In this document: in pieces, positions 17,864-27,858 of the stretch
Position numbering within the stretch: the stretch's first letter is position 1
Layout: every line of letters starts with the position of its first letter
DNA from: Sphingomonadales bacterium
Lineage (GTDB): Bacteria > Pseudomonadota > Alphaproteobacteria > Sphingomonadales > Sphingomonadaceae
Assembly (NCBI GenBank): GCA_038245375.1
Contig: JBBRSN010000001.1
Coordinates: 23,930 to 87,929, forward strand
DNA length: 64,000 nucleotides
Reading direction: 5' to 3'
Notes under the pieces: model-generated
Seen by the model: only the letters and a program-made list of their open reading frames with translations
What the model was told of the DNA's origin: nothing
Database searches by the model: none
Translations under genes and position numbers: made by a program

Positions 17864-18862
17864 TTGAGTGCAGCAACCTATGACGTCGTCGCGATCGGCA
17901 ACGCGATCGTCGACGTCCTTTCGCAGACCGACGATGCCTTTATCGATGCCCAGGGCATGGCCAAGGGATCGATGCAGCTGATGTTCTCACCGGCCGAGGC
18001 CGACGAACTCTACGCCAAGATGGGCCCGGGGATCGAGGCGAGCGGCGGCTCGGCGGCGAACACCGTCGCCGGCATCGCCGCGCTGGGCGGCAAATGCGGC
18101 TTTATCGGCCAGGTCGCCGAGGACCAGCTCGGCGAGGTTTTCGCGCACGACATCCGCGCCGCCGGCGTCAGCTTCACCACCGCGGCGCGCGATGGCGAGC
18201 CGACCACGGCGCGCTGCCTGATCTTCGTGACACCCGACGGGCAGCGCACGATGAACACTTTTCTCGGCGCGTCGCAGTTCCTGCCCGCCAGCGCGCTCGA
18301 CCGCGCGATGATCGAGGCCGGCGCGATCCTCTATCTCGAGGGTTATCTGTGGGATCCCGAGGAACCGCGCGCAGCAATGCGCGAGGCGATCGACATCGCG
18401 CGCGGCGCCGGCCGCAAGGTCGCCTTCACGCTGAGCGACGTGTTCTGCATCTCGCGCCACGGTGCCGATTTCCGCGCGCTGATGGCCGACGGCCTGATCG
18501 ACATCATGTTCGCCAATGAGAACGAGATCCTCGCGCTGATGGAGGTGGACAGCTTCGACGACGCGGTGGCGCATGCCGCGGCGCAGGTGCCGCTGCTGGT
18601 GTGCACGCGCAGCGAGCATGGCGCGATCGCGGTGTCGGGCGGGCGCACCGTCGCCGTCACGGCCGAGCCGATCGAGCGGGTCGTCGACACCACCGGTGCG
18701 GGCGACCTGTTCGCGGCCGGTTTCCTGCGCGGCCAGGCGCAGGGCAAGAGCCTCGAGGAATCGCTAAAGCTCGGCGCGATCTGCGCGGCGGAGATCATCT
18801 CGCACTACGGCGCGCGTCCGATGTGCGACATGCAGGCGCTGGTAGCGGAAAAGCTCGGCTGA
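17864..18862 (+). CDS. PfkB-family kinase (adenosine kinase-like)
   Basis: PfkB signature DTTGAGDLFAAGFL and N-terminal GNAIVDV. TTG start as given by the ORF track. Confidence 0.8.
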   Translation: MSAATYDVVAIGNAIVDVLSQTDDAFIDAQGMAKGSMQLMFSPAEADELYAKMGPGIEASGGSAANTVAGIAALGGKCGFIGQVAEDQLGEVFAHDIRAAGVSFTTAARDGEPTTARCLIFVTPDGQRTMNTFLGASQFLPASALDRAMIEAGAILYLEGYLWDPEEPRAAMREAIDIARGAGRKVAFTLSDVFCISRHGADFRALMADGLIDIMFANENEILALMEVDSFDDAVAHAAAQVPLLVCTRSEHGAIAVSGGRTVAVTAEPIERVVDTTGAGDLFAAGFLRGQAQGKSLEESLKLGAICAAEIISHYGARPMCDMQALVAEKLG

Positions 18863-18888
18863 CGCCTCTGTCATATGTGCAAGCAAAA

Positions 18889-18922
18889 GGGGCCGCGACA
18901 GCGATGTCGCGGCCCCTTTTTT
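18889..18922. terminator. Rho-independent terminator shared by convergent genes
   Basis: GGGGCCGCGACA-GCGA-TGTCGCGGCCCC followed by TTTTTTG, with AAAA on the other side. Confidence 0.75.
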
Positions 18923-18938
18923 GTTGCGTCGTCGGTGA

Positions 18939-20513
18939 TCAGGCCTGGTTGCGGCCCGGCGTCGGCGCGCCGGGCAGCGGTGGCACCGGCAGCGGCGGCA
19001 CATCGGCATCCAGTTCGTGCACCTCGTCCAAGCCGAGCCCGACATGGCTGTGCGAGCGGCCATAGAGGAAGTAGACGATCAGCCCGACCGCGCCCCAGCC
19101 CGGCAGGACCAGTTTCGCGATCAGCGGCAGGAACCAGTAAAGCGCGACGCAGCCGATGATCGCGAGCGGCGCTACGATCGCCACGGCCGGCGTGCGGAAG
19201 GGGCGCTTGCGGCCCGGATCGGTCTTGCGCAGCACCAGCACCGACACGGCAACCATGGCAAAGGCGAACAATGTGCCCGAGTTGGAGTAATCGGCGAGCT
19301 GCCCGACGGGCAGGAACGCCGCCGCCAGCGTGACGACGATGCCGGTGAAGGCGGTCACGACGTGCGGGGTGTGGAACTTGGGATGCACCTTGGCGAGCAC
19401 CGCGGGCAGCAGTCCATCGCGCGCCATGACGAAGAAGACGCGGGTCTGGCCGAACATCATCATCAGCACGACCGAGGGCAACGCGACGAAGGCGGCGAGG
19501 CCCATCAGATTGCCGATCTTGGCCCAGCCGGCCGAGCGCAGCACATGCGCCAACGCCTCATGGCTGCAGGCGAGCGGTTCGGTGATGCCGCTGGCGACGA
19601 TCTGGGCGCAGCGGCGGGCGAGTTCGGGGGTGCCCGGCGAGAGGATTTCGCCACCGAGCCCGGTAACCGGTTGCGCACCGAGCGAGCCGATCGCACCGGC
19701 AGACACCAGCAGATAGAACACCGTACAAATGAGCAGGCTGCCGATCAGGCCGATCGGCACGTTGCGCTGCGGGTTCTTGGTTTCTTCCGCTGCCGTCGAG
19801 ACCGCGTCGAAACCGACATAGGCGAAGAAGATCGACGACGCCGCCCCAACGACGCCGATCGTGCCCCAGCCATTGGGCAGGAAGGGCACGAACTGATCGG
19901 ATTTGAGCACCGGGATGGTCAGCGCGATGAACAGCGTCAGCGCCGCGACCTTGATCGACACCAGCACCGCATTGACCCGCGCGCTCTCGGTCGTGCCGAC
20001 GATCAGCAGCCAGGTAACGAGCAGCGAGATGACGACGGCCGGCATGTTGATAAAACCGCCCTGGCTCGGACCAACGGCAAGCCATTGCGGGACCACGATT
20101 CCGAAGGTGTTCTTCATGAACCCGACGAAATAGCCCGACCAGCCGACCGCGACGGCGCTGGCGCCGACGGCATATTCGAGAATCAGCGCCCAGCCGACCA
20201 TCCAGGCGAGCATCTCGCCGACCACGGCATAGGTATAGGTATAGGCGGAGCCCGCGACGGGCACCATCGAGGCGAGTTCGGAATAACAAAGTGCGGCGAC
20301 CGCGCAGACGAAGCCGGCGATCATGAAGCTGATCATCATGCCGGGGCCGGCCTTTTGCGCGGCTTCCGACGTCAGCACGAAGATGCCGGTGCCGATGACG
20401 GCCCCGACACCCAGCATCGTCAGCTGGAAGGCACCGAGCGAGCGGTGCAGGCCCTTCTTCTCCGCCGTAGCGAGAATGGCATCGAGTGATTTTACGCGCC
20501 CGAAGATCATCAA
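18939..20513 (-). CDS. APC-superfamily amino acid permease (cationic amino acid transporter-like)
   Basis: 524 aa, about 14 TM segments. N-terminus has LHRSLGAFQLTMLGVGAVIGTGIFVL. Confidence 0.85.
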   Translation of the reverse strand: MMIFGRVKSLDAILATAEKKGLHRSLGAFQLTMLGVGAVIGTGIFVLTSEAAQKAGPGMMISFMIAGFVCAVAALCYSELASMVPVAGSAYTYTYAVVGEMLAWMVGWALILEYAVGASAVAVGWSGYFVGFMKNTFGIVVPQWLAVGPSQGGFINMPAVVISLLVTWLLIVGTTESARVNAVLVSIKVAALTLFIALTIPVLKSDQFVPFLPNGWGTIGVVGAASSIFFAYVGFDAVSTAAEETKNPQRNVPIGLIGSLLICTVFYLLVSAGAIGSLGAQPVTGLGGEILSPGTPELARRCAQIVASGITEPLACSHEALAHVLRSAGWAKIGNLMGLAAFVALPSVVLMMMFGQTRVFFVMARDGLLPAVLAKVHPKFHTPHVVTAFTGIVVTLAAAFLPVGQLADYSNSGTLFAFAMVAVSVLVLRKTDPGRKRPFRTPAVAIVAPLAIIGCVALYWFLPLIAKLVLPGWGAVGLIVYFLYGRSHSHVGLGLDEVHELDADVPPLPVPPLPGAPTPGRNQA

Positions 20514-20635
20514 TTAATTCCCCCGAAGGTCAGGATCGCAGCGTTGCTCGCCGCTCATCGCAAGCGACCAAGCCTAGTGGCAAAAGCGGTCCGTGCAATC
20601 CCCTATTGCGCCGCGCGATATGCCGGGCGTTTCGG

Positions 20636-21013
20636 TCAGCGCGCCAGCATCGGGCCGAGCGGTTTGCCGGCGAAGAGATGGACATGGAGGTGCGGCACTT
20701 CCTGATGCGCGTCGAGCCCGGTATTGGCGAGCAGGCGATAGCCCGGTGCGACCAGCCCGGCGTCGCGCGCGACAGTGCCGACGGCGCGGACGAAGCCGGC
20801 GATCTCGGCGTCGGGCGCGCGCGCGCTGAAATCGTCCCAGCTGACATAGGCACCGCGCGGGATGACGAGGATGTGGGTCGGCGCCTGCGGATTGATGTCG
20901 TGGAATGCGATCGCCCATTCATCCTCATAGACACGCTTCGAGGGGATCTCGTCGCGCAGGATCTTGGCGAAGATGTTCTGCTCGTCATAGGGCAGGGTGG
21001 CGTCGATCGGCAT
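20636..21013 (-). CDS. HIT-family (histidine triad) protein
   Basis: HLHVHLF triad, 125 aa. Abuts hisE. Confidence 0.88.
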   Translation of the reverse strand: MPIDATLPYDEQNIFAKILRDEIPSKRVYEDEWAIAFHDINPQAPTHILVIPRGAYVSWDDFSARAPDAEIAGFVRAVGTVARDAGLVAPGYRLLANTGLDAHQEVPHLHVHLFAGKPLGPMLAR

Positions 21014-21336
21014 TACGCGGCTCCTCTCGCGGCCTTTTCGTCGATCCCCGACAGCCCCTCGCGCCGCGCCAGTTCGGCGCGGACGTCGTCGAGGCCGAGG
21101 CCGGCATCGGCGAGCAGGACGAGCAGGTGGAAAATCAGGTCGGCGGCTTCGGGGACGATCGACGCGTCGTCACCGCTGGTCGCGGCGATGACCGTCTCGA
21201 CCGCTTCCTCGCCGAGCTTCTGCGCGATCTTGGCGCGGCCCTTCGCGGTCAGCTTCGCAACATAGGAGGAGGACGGGTCGGCGGCGCGGCGTGCGCGGAT
21301 CGTCGCCTCGAGGCGGTCGAGTGTGTCTTCGGCCAT
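21013..21336 (-). CDS. hisE: Phosphoribosyl-ATP pyrophosphatase
   Basis: 107 aa. TLDRLEATIRARR...SYVAKL...GRAKIAQKLGEEAVE..., typical of HisE. Confidence 0.88.
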   Translation of the reverse strand: MAEDTLDRLEATIRARRAADPSSSYVAKLTAKGRAKIAQKLGEEAVETVIAATSGDDASIVPEAADLIFHLLVLLADAGLGLDDVRAELARREGLSGIDEKAARGAA

Positions 21337-21367
21337 GACGTGCGGCTGGCCCAGACCGCGCCGAAGG

Positions 21368-21574
21368 TCAATCCTTCGCGTTGTCGTCCGCGGCGCGCTT
21401 AGTAAACCGCGCGCGCATCGCGCGGCGCACCAGCCACACGCCGAGCGCGGCCATCACGAACAGCGCGATGTCGGACAGTTCCGGGCCGGTGCGGATCTTC
21501 GGCACCCCGGTATGCGCCGGCGTGACGGCGAGCGCCGGGGTGGCGAGCAGCAGGGCGAGGGGGAGGAAACGCAT
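21368..21574 (-). CDS. 68-aa protein with signal peptide and C-terminal TM segment plus basic tail
   Basis: Very high GC3. MRFLPLALLLATPALA signal, then GPELSDIALFVMAALGVWLVRRAMRAR. Located inside the his operon. Confidence 0.5.
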   Translation of the reverse strand: MRFLPLALLLATPALAVTPAHTGVPKIRTGPELSDIALFVMAALGVWLVRRAMRARFTKRAADDNAKD

Positions 21575-21618
21575 GGCGCTCTTTTAGCGTGCGCTCCCTA
21601 AATTTTGGTTTGCTCGCT

Positions 21619-21734
21619 CATGCTGTGCTCCCCGGCAAAGGCCGGGGCCCAGTTGGGAAGGCGGAGGTAATTGAGCGCAACGCCAATTTTTCTCCCGGCA
21701 CGTAGCTGGGCCCCGGCCTTCGCCGGGGAGCATG
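21619..21734. repeat. Family A ~110-bp nested palindromic element, copy A1
   Basis: Left arm GCTCCCCGGCAAAGGCCGGGGCCCAG and right arm CTGGGCCCCGGCCTTCGCCGGGGAGC. Located between hisF and the small ORF. Confidence 0.7.
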
Positions 21735-21738
21735 AAGA

Positions 21739-22506
21739 TTAGGCGATCGGTCGCCGCACCGGCACGCCGGCGGCGGCGAGCGCGGCATGCGCGTCGGCGA
21801 TGCTCGATTCGCCGAAATGGAAGATCGAGGCGGCGAGCACGGCGCTGGCATGGCCTTGCGTGATGCCGGCAACGAGATCGGCCAGCCCGCCGACCCCGCC
21901 CGAGGCGACCACCGGGACGCTGACCTGGTCGGCGATGGTGCGGGTCAGGATCAGGTCATAGCCGTCGCGCGTGCCGTCGCGGTCCATCGAGGTGACGAGC
22001 AGTTCGCCGGCACCGAGCTCGGCAAGGCGCAGCGCGTGGGCGACCGCGTCGATGCCGGTGGCACGACGGCCGCCATGGGTGAAGACTTCCCAGCCGTCAC
22101 CGGCGCGGCGCGCGTCGATCGAGGCGACGACGCACTGGCTGCCGAAACGATCGGCCAGCTCGGCGACCAGCTCGGGTCGGGCGACGGCGGCGGAATTGAC
22201 CGCGACCTTGTCGGCACCGGCGAGCAGCAGCGCGCGGGCATCCTCGACCGAGCGCACGCCACCGCCGACGGTCAGCGGCATGAAGCACACCTCGGCGGTG
22301 CGCCGCACGACGTCGAGCAGCGTGCCGCGCGCCTCGTGGCTGGCGGTGATGTCGAGGAAACAGAGTTCGTCGGCGCCGGCCGCGTCATAGGCGCGCGCCT
22401 GCTCGACCGGGTCGCCGGCGTCCTTCAAATCGACGAAGTTCACGCCCTTGACGACGCGGCCATTGGCAACGTCGAGGCACGGGATGACGCGGGCGCGGAC
22501 GGTCAT
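21739..22506 (-). CDS. hisF: Imidazole glycerol phosphate synthase, cyclase subunit
   Basis: [19 protein letters not shown]... and full-length HisF-like (beta/alpha)8 pattern. Confidence 0.93.
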   Translation of the reverse strand: MTVRARVIPCLDVANGRVVKGVNFVDLKDAGDPVEQARAYDAAGADELCFLDITASHEARGTLLDVVRRTAEVCFMPLTVGGGVRSVEDARALLLAGADKVAVNSAAVARPELVAELADRFGSQCVVASIDARRAGDGWEVFTHGGRRATGIDAVAHALRLAELGAGELLVTSMDRDGTRDGYDLILTRTIADQVSVPVVASGGVGGLADLVAGITQGHASAVLAASIFHFGESSIADAHAALAAAGVPVRRPIA

Positions 22507-23237
22507 GCCGCGGCGGCGACGGCGAGCGCGGTGGCCAGGTCGAGCCGGCCGTCATACAAAGCGCGCCCGGTGATCACGCCTTCGATGCCGTTGCTGGCGT
22601 GGATGGCGAGGATATGGATTTCGCCGATCCCGGCGACGCCGCCCGAGGCGATCACCGGAATGTCGACCGCGCGGGCGAGGTCGACCGTCGCCTCGATGTT
22701 GCAGCCCTTGAGCATGCCGTCGCGGCCGACATCGGTGAACAGCAGGGAGGCGACGCCGGCATCCTCGAAGCGGCGCGCGAGATCGACCACCGTCACGTCG
22801 GAGATATCGGCCCAGCCGCGCGTCGCGACCATGCCGTCGCGCGCATCGACCGCGACGACGATACCGCCGGGGAAATCGCGCGCGACCTCGCGGACGAAAT
22901 CGGGATTTTCCAGCGCGGCGGTGCCGATCACGACCCGCGACACCCCGAGATCGAACCAGCGCTCGACCGATTCGCGGTTGCGGATGCCGCCGCCGAGCTG
23001 GACGTGGCCGGGGAACTGATCGACGATCGCCGCGACCGCCTCGCCATTGACCGAGCTGCCGGCAAAGGCACCGTCGAGATCGACGACATGGAGATATTCG
23101 GCGCCGGCCTGCGCGAACAGCATCGCCTGGGCCGGCGGATCGTCGCCATAGACCGTGGCGCGCGCCATATCGCCCTCGGCGAGACGGACGACCTGCCCGC
23201 CCTTGAGGTCAATCGCGGGGAAGACGATGAGGGTCAT
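22503..23237 (-). CDS. hisA: ProFAR isomerase
   Basis: Start [23 protein letters not shown] overlap with hisF. Confidence 0.92.
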   Translation of the reverse strand: MTLIVFPAIDLKGGQVVRLAEGDMARATVYGDDPPAQAMLFAQAGAEYLHVVDLDGAFAGSSVNGEAVAAIVDQFPGHVQLGGGIRNRESVERWFDLGVSRVVIGTAALENPDFVREVARDFPGGIVVAVDARDGMVATRGWADISDVTVVDLARRFEDAGVASLLFTDVGRDGMLKGCNIEATVDLARAVDIPVIASGGVAGIGEIHILAIHASNGIEGVITGRALYDGRLDLATALAVAAAA

Positions 23238-23250
23238 ATCTCTCTCAATT

Positions 23251-23369
23251 CCTCCCAGGAACGGGGAGGGGAACCACGAAGTGGTGGAGGGGGCGTGCCT
23301 CGGACGGAGCGCTGGTGGCACGCCCCCTCCACCAGCCTGCGGCTGGTCCCCCTCCCCGTGCCGGGGAGG
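23251..23369. repeat. Family E tripartite palindromic element, copy E3
   Basis: CCTCCC-AGGAAC-GGGGAGG; GGTGGAGGGGGCGTGCC...GGCACGCCCCCTCCACC; CCTCCCCG-TGC-CGGGGAGG. Located between hisH and hisA. Confidence 0.65.
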
Positions 23370-23375
23370 AGCTAA

Positions 23376-23981
23376 TTAAGGTCGCCATGTCAGGAACCTC
23401 TCCAGCAGGTCGAGCCCGTAACGCTGGCTCTTCTCGGGGTGAAACTGCACGCCGATGAGGTTGTCGCGGCCGATCGCAGCGGTCACCGCGCCGCCATGGT
23501 CAGTGGTGGCGATCACCGCATCGCCGTCGAACGCGAAGCTGTGCAGGAAATAGGCCTCGCCGGGTACGATCAGCGGGTGCGCCGTGGTGGGGACGACGTC
23601 GTTCCAGCCCATATGCGGGACCTTGGTTTCGGGCTTGTCGGGAACGAGCGCGCGCACCGCCCCAGGGATCCAGCCGAGGCCGGCATGGGTGCCGAGTTCC
23701 TCGCCATGATCGGCCATCAACTGCATGCCGACGCAGATGCCGAGAAACGGCACACCGTCGCCGCGCACGCGCTGGTCGAGCGCGTCGACCATACCCTCGA
23801 CCGCGCGCAGTGCCGCGGCACAGGCGCCGAACGCGCCGACGCCGGGGAGCACGACGCGGTCCGCCCGCATGACGATTTCGGGATCGGCGGTCACGACGAC
23901 ATCGGTCGCCCCGGCCGCCATCAGCGCATTATGGACGGAGTGCAAATTGCCCGCGCCATAGTCGATCAGCGCGATCGTCAT
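23376..23981 (-). CDS. hisH: Imidazole glycerol phosphate synthase, glutaminase subunit
   Basis: [16 protein letters not shown], nucleophile motif GICVGMQ, FHPEKS. Confidence 0.92.
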   Translation of the reverse strand: MTIALIDYGAGNLHSVHNALMAAGATDVVVTADPEIVMRADRVVLPGVGAFGACAAALRAVEGMVDALDQRVRGDGVPFLGICVGMQLMADHGEELGTHAGLGWIPGAVRALVPDKPETKVPHMGWNDVVPTTAHPLIVPGEAYFLHSFAFDGDAVIATTDHGGAVTAAIGRDNLIGVQFHPEKSQRYGLDLLERFLTWRP

Positions 23982-24295
23982 GCCAGCAAAGCGGCGATTT
24001 CGTCCGCCGCAAAGCTGGCATGGAACGCGATCACCTGCGCCGTGGCGACGCCGCTGGTGACGAACGGGTCGGTCGCGGCCAGCGCCTCGATCTCGCTCTT
24101 GTCGCCGCGCGCGATGATGACACCGCCGACGCGCGGATCCTGCCGGCCGGCGAGGATCAGCACGCCGTGCGCGAAACCGGTCTCGAGCCAGGCGACATGC
24201 GCCGTCATCTGCGCATCGACCTGGTCGAGCGGCTTCACATAATCGAGCAGGATCAGGCACAGCGTGCCCGTCGCGCGATATTTGCCGTTGGTCAC
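23978..24295 (-). CDS. YciI-like protein
   Basis: 105 aa with a YCII-type pattern ([11 protein letters not shown]...HVAWL...G..ILAGR...G..II). Overlaps hisB and hisH by 4 nt on each side. Confidence 0.65.
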   Translation of the reverse strand: MTNGKYRATGTLCLILLDYVKPLDQVDAQMTAHVAWLETGFAHGVLILAGRQDPRVGGVIIARGDKSEIEALAATDPFVTSGVATAQVIAFHASFAADEIAALLA

Positions 24296-24891
24296 AGCGT
24301 GCCCTTGGTCGACGGGATCGAATCCGCCTTGCGCGGGTCGATCTCGACCGCGGTGCGCAGTGCGCGGGCAAGGCCCTTGAACGCGCTTTCGGCGATGTGA
24401 TGGTTATTCTGGCCGTACAGCGTCTCGACGTGCAGCGTGATGCCGGCGGCTTGCGCAAAGCTGTGGAAGAAATGCTCGAACATCTCGGTGTCCATCTCGC
24501 CGAGCCGCTTCTGCGAGAATTCGGTTTTCCACACCAGGAAGGGCCGGCCGGAAATGTCGAGCGCCACGCGCGTCAGCGTCTCGTCCATCGGCGACAGCGC
24601 CTCGGCATAGCGCCGGATGCCGCGCTTCTCGCCCAAGGCCTGCTTCACCGCCTCGCCGATCGCGATGCCGGTGTCCTCGACGGTGTGGTGCTGGTCGATA
24701 TGCAGATCACCGATCGTCTTCACGTCGAGGTCGATCAGCCCGTGGCGCGAGAGCTGTTCGAGCATATGGTCGAAAAAGCCGATGCCGGTCGACACGGTAT
24801 AGGCACCCGTGCCGTCGAGGTTGACGGTGACGTCGATCGAGGTCTCGCTCGTCTTGCGGCTGATGGTGGCGCTGCGCATGATGGCTCCCAT
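24292..24891 (-). CDS. hisB: Imidazoleglycerol-phosphate dehydratase
   Basis: [46 protein letters not shown]. The start may instead be the ATG at 24879. Confidence 0.92.
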   Translation of the reverse strand: MGAIMRSATISRKTSETSIDVTVNLDGTGAYTVSTGIGFFDHMLEQLSRHGLIDLDVKTIGDLHIDQHHTVEDTGIAIGEAVKQALGEKRGIRRYAEALSPMDETLTRVALDISGRPFLVWKTEFSQKRLGEMDTEMFEHFFHSFAQAAGITLHVETLYGQNNHHIAESAFKGLARALRTAVEIDPRKADSIPSTKGTL

Positions 24892-24951
24892 AGCGTGTGT
24901 CGCGAGACGCGCAATCTTGACCGGACGTCATACGGCGTTACCTGAAGCGAT

Positions 24952-25434
24952 ATGAGCGACAATGCGCCCGACAGCCTGATTCCCTATGATGAGATCGTCC
25001 AGGAGGCGTTGCGTGCCGTGGTCGGCCGTGTGCTCGGCTCGGTCGCCGAGAATGGCGGCCTGCCCGGCGAGCACCATTTCTACATCACCTTCAAGACCCA
25101 GGCGCCCGGCGTCGACATTCCCAAGCGGCTGATGGAACGCTTCCCGGACGAGATGACGATCGTCATGCAGAACCGCTTCTGGGACCTCGCGGTCGACGAC
25201 GAGAAATTCTCGATCGGCCTGAGTTTCAACCAGGTGCCGTCCAAGCTGACGATTCCCTATTCGGCGATCACCGGGTTCCAGGACCCGGCGGTGCATTTCG
25301 AGCTGCGGTTCCAGGCGCAGGATGGCCCCGAAGGCCCCGAGCCGCACGAATCGGCCGAGAATGACGGGCCGACGATCACCCCGGTCGAGGATGGATCGAA
25401 CGTCGTGTCGGTGGATTTCAAGCGGAAGAAATAG
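24952..25434 (+). CDS. sspB: SspB-family ClpXP adaptor (alphaproteobacterial type)
   Basis: LIPYDEIVQEALRAVV...GEHHFYITFKT.APGV...RFPDEMTIVMQNRFWDL closely parallels my recollection of Caulobacter SspB-alpha. Confidence 0.8.
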   Translation: MSDNAPDSLIPYDEIVQEALRAVVGRVLGSVAENGGLPGEHHFYITFKTQAPGVDIPKRLMERFPDEMTIVMQNRFWDLAVDDEKFSIGLSFNQVPSKLTIPYSAITGFQDPAVHFELRFQAQDGPEGPEPHESAENDGPTITPVEDGSNVVSVDFKRKK

Positions 25435-25438
25435 TCTC

Positions 25439-25515
25439 GTCACCCCAGCGAAAGCTGGGGTCTCGGGCAACCAGCGCGCGCTCGCGGCGTGAGATCCCGG
25501 CTTTCGCCGGGATGA
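25439..25515. repeat. Family B palindromic element (two hairpin arms)
   Basis: GTCACCCCAGCGAAAGCTGGGGTCTC ... GAGATCCCGGCTTTCGCCGGGATGAC. The arms differ by compensatory changes that preserve each local hairpin. Confidence 0.6.
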
Positions 25516-25543
25516 CGGGTGGTGGGGACGACGGAGTAGCCTA

Positions 25544-26935
25544 GTGACCGACACCCGCACCGAAACCGATTCGCTCGGACCCGTCGCCGTCCCCGCCAGC
25601 GCCTATTGGGGTGCGCAGACGCAGCGCTCGATCGAGAATTTCCCCTTTCCGGCGAGCGAGCGCATGCCGCTGGCGATCGTCCACGCGCTGGCGCTGGTGA
25701 AGCAGGCGGCAGCGCGGGTGAACCGGTCGCACGGGCTCGACGCTTCGATCGCCGACGCGATCGAAGCCGCCGCGGCCGAGGTGGCGGCGGGCGCGCTCGA
25801 CGACCAGTTCCCGCTGGTTATCTGGCAGACCGGCAGCGGCACGCAGTCGAACATGAACGTCAACGAGGTGATCGCCGGCCGCGCCAACGAGATGCTGACC
25901 GGTACGCGCGGCGGCAAGACGCCGGTCCACCCCAACGATCACGTCAATATGAGCCAATCGTCAAACGACAGCTTTCCGACGGCGCTGCATATCGCCGCCG
26001 CGCTTGCCGCGACGCGCCGGCTGCTCCCCGCTTTGTCGCGGTTGGAGGAGATGCTGTTCGCCAAAGCGGCGGCATGGGACGATATCGTCAAGATCGGCCG
26101 CACCCATCTGCAGGACGCGACGCCGCTGACGCTGGGGCAGGAATTTTCGGGTTATGGCGCGCAACTGCGGCTGGCCCGCGTCCGCACCGAACCGTTCGTC
26201 ATGCACGCGCTGTCGCGGCTGGCGCAGGGCGGCACGGCGGTCGGCACCGGACTCAATGCGCCGGCCGGGTTCGGTGAGGCGTTCGCGCTCGAGGTCAGCG
26301 CGATCACCGGATTCGCGTTCGAAAGCGCGCCCAACAAGTTCGAGGCGCTGGCGTCGAACGATACGCTGGTCGATTTCTCTGGTCGGCTCAACAGCCTGGC
26401 GGTGGCGCTGACCAAGATCGCCAACGACATCCGCCTGCTCGGCAGCGGTCCGCGTTCGGGGCTGGGCGAACTCGACTTGCCGGCCAACGAACCGGGCAGC
26501 TCGATCATGCCGGGCAAGGTCAACCCGACGCAGTGCGAGATGCTGACGATGGTCGCCGGGCAGGTGATCGGCAACCATATGGCGATCACCGTCGGCGGGA
26601 TGCAGGGGCATCTAGAACTCAACGTGTTCAAGCCGCTGATCGGCGCCAATGTGTTGCGCTCGATCGACCTGCTGGCGGTGGCGATGGACAGTTTCGCGGA
26701 ACGGTGCGTGGAGGGAATCGAGCCAAATCGTGCACGAATCGCGGAACTGGTCGACCGCTCGTTGATGCTGGTCACGGCGCTGGCACCCGAGATCGGCTAC
26801 GACAATGCCGCCAAGATCGCCAAACATGCCCATGCCGAGGGGCTGACGCTGCGCGAGGGCGGGCTGGCGCTCGGGCTGGTCGATGCCGCGACCTTCGACC
26901 GGCTGGTGCGGCCGGAAACCATGGTCGGCAAATAG
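25544..26935 (+). CDS. fumC: Class II fumarate hydratase
   Basis: [15 protein letters not shown] signature. 463 aa with GTG start. Confidence 0.93.
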   Translation: MTDTRTETDSLGPVAVPASAYWGAQTQRSIENFPFPASERMPLAIVHALALVKQAAARVNRSHGLDASIADAIEAAAAEVAAGALDDQFPLVIWQTGSGTQSNMNVNEVIAGRANEMLTGTRGGKTPVHPNDHVNMSQSSNDSFPTALHIAAALAATRRLLPALSRLEEMLFAKAAAWDDIVKIGRTHLQDATPLTLGQEFSGYGAQLRLARVRTEPFVMHALSRLAQGGTAVGTGLNAPAGFGEAFALEVSAITGFAFESAPNKFEALASNDTLVDFSGRLNSLAVALTKIANDIRLLGSGPRSGLGELDLPANEPGSSIMPGKVNPTQCEMLTMVAGQVIGNHMAITVGGMQGHLELNVFKPLIGANVLRSIDLLAVAMDSFAERCVEGIEPNRARIAELVDRSLMLVTALAPEIGYDNAAKIAKHAHAEGLTLREGGLALGLVDAATFDRLVRPETMVGK

Positions 26936-26987
26936 CGGAACCCTTTTTCGCCTCGCGCGCTTGATCGGCGAACGAGGAGGCTATTTC

Positions 26988-27203
26988 ATGAGTGCAACAA
27001 GTGTGGGCGCGCTGATCGGCGGCGCGGTGGATGCCATGTCGGGCGATGACAGCGCGGCCGATGGGGCGCTGATCGGCGCGGTGACGGCCAACGTCATCAA
27101 GGTCGTGCTGCCGCTGGCGGTGACCTTTGCGGTCGGCTGGGCGGTGTTGCGCGGTGTGGCGGAGTTGAAGGAACGGGCTTTCGGGTCGGCCAAGGCGGCG
27201 TAG
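26988..27203 (+). CDS. Small Gly/Ala-rich membrane protein, 71 aa
   Basis: ATG at 26988 preceded by GAGGAGG. One or two hydrophobic segments. No family recognised. Confidence 0.5.
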   Translation: MSATSVGALIGGAVDAMSGDDSAADGALIGAVTANVIKVVLPLAVTFAVGWAVLRGVAELKERAFGSAKAA

Positions 27204-27207
27204 CGCG

Positions 27208-27242
27208 CCTGTGGCTCTGGGCTCCTGCGTTCGCAGGAGCAC
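27208..27242. repeat. Family C half-element, copy C2 (hairpin GCTCCTGCGTTCGCAGGAGC)
   Basis: Matches the right half of C1, including the flanking TGTGGCTCTGG. Lies between convergent genes and is a probable terminator. Confidence 0.6.
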
Positions 27243-27250
27243 CGGGCATC

Positions 27251-27850
27251 TTATCCCCCCGCCTGCCACGCGCGGATCGCGTCGCTTGGTGCGACCAGCA
27301 TCAGGACGTTGAGCGTCAGGTTATCGCGAATCATCAGCAGCGTGAACAGCTCGAAGCTCACCGCCAGCGCGACCGTCACCCAGATCGGCAGCCGCCGCGC
27401 GATGGCGAAGCCGAGGATCATGCACACGACGTCGCTCATCGAATTGAGCACCGAGTCGCCGCTATAGCCGACCGCGATCGTCGCGGCGCGGTAGCGATCG
27501 ATGATGATCGGCGAGTTTTCGAGCATCTCCCAGCTCGCCTCGATGATCGTCGCGGCGAGCAGGCGCAGGCCGATCGGCCGATGGCGGAACAGCAGCCAGC
27601 CCGCGCCGTAGAACAAAAAGCCGTGGATGAGGTGGCTGAAACTATACCAGTCGCTGAGCTGCTGGCTGTTTTCGGGTGACTGCACCTTTCCGGCCCACAA
27701 GGCGACATGGCCGCACGGACAGATCGGCGAGCGGCCCATGCTGAGCTCGAAAATGCCGGCGATCAGCACCACGGCGGCGATCGCCCACCACCAGCTTTTC
27801 ACCCGTTCCATCGCTGCCATGCCTTGACGCCCCGCCGTGTCCCGCGCCAC
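27251..27850 (-). CDS. DUF2585-family membrane protein
   Basis: ICPCGHVALWAG...SQQLSDWYSFSHLIHGFLFY...ENSPIIIDRYR, typical of UPF0314/DUF2585. The start is uncertain (alternative ATGs at 27820 and 27811). Confidence 0.75.
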   Translation of the reverse strand: MARDTAGRQGMAAMERVKSWWWAIAAVVLIAGIFELSMGRSPICPCGHVALWAGKVQSPENSQQLSDWYSFSHLIHGFLFYGAGWLLFRHRPIGLRLLAATIIEASWEMLENSPIIIDRYRAATIAVGYSGDSVLNSMSDVVCMILGFAIARRLPIWVTVALAVSFELFTLLMIRDNLTLNVLMLVAPSDAIRAWQAGG

Positions 27851-27858
27851 TAGCGCGC

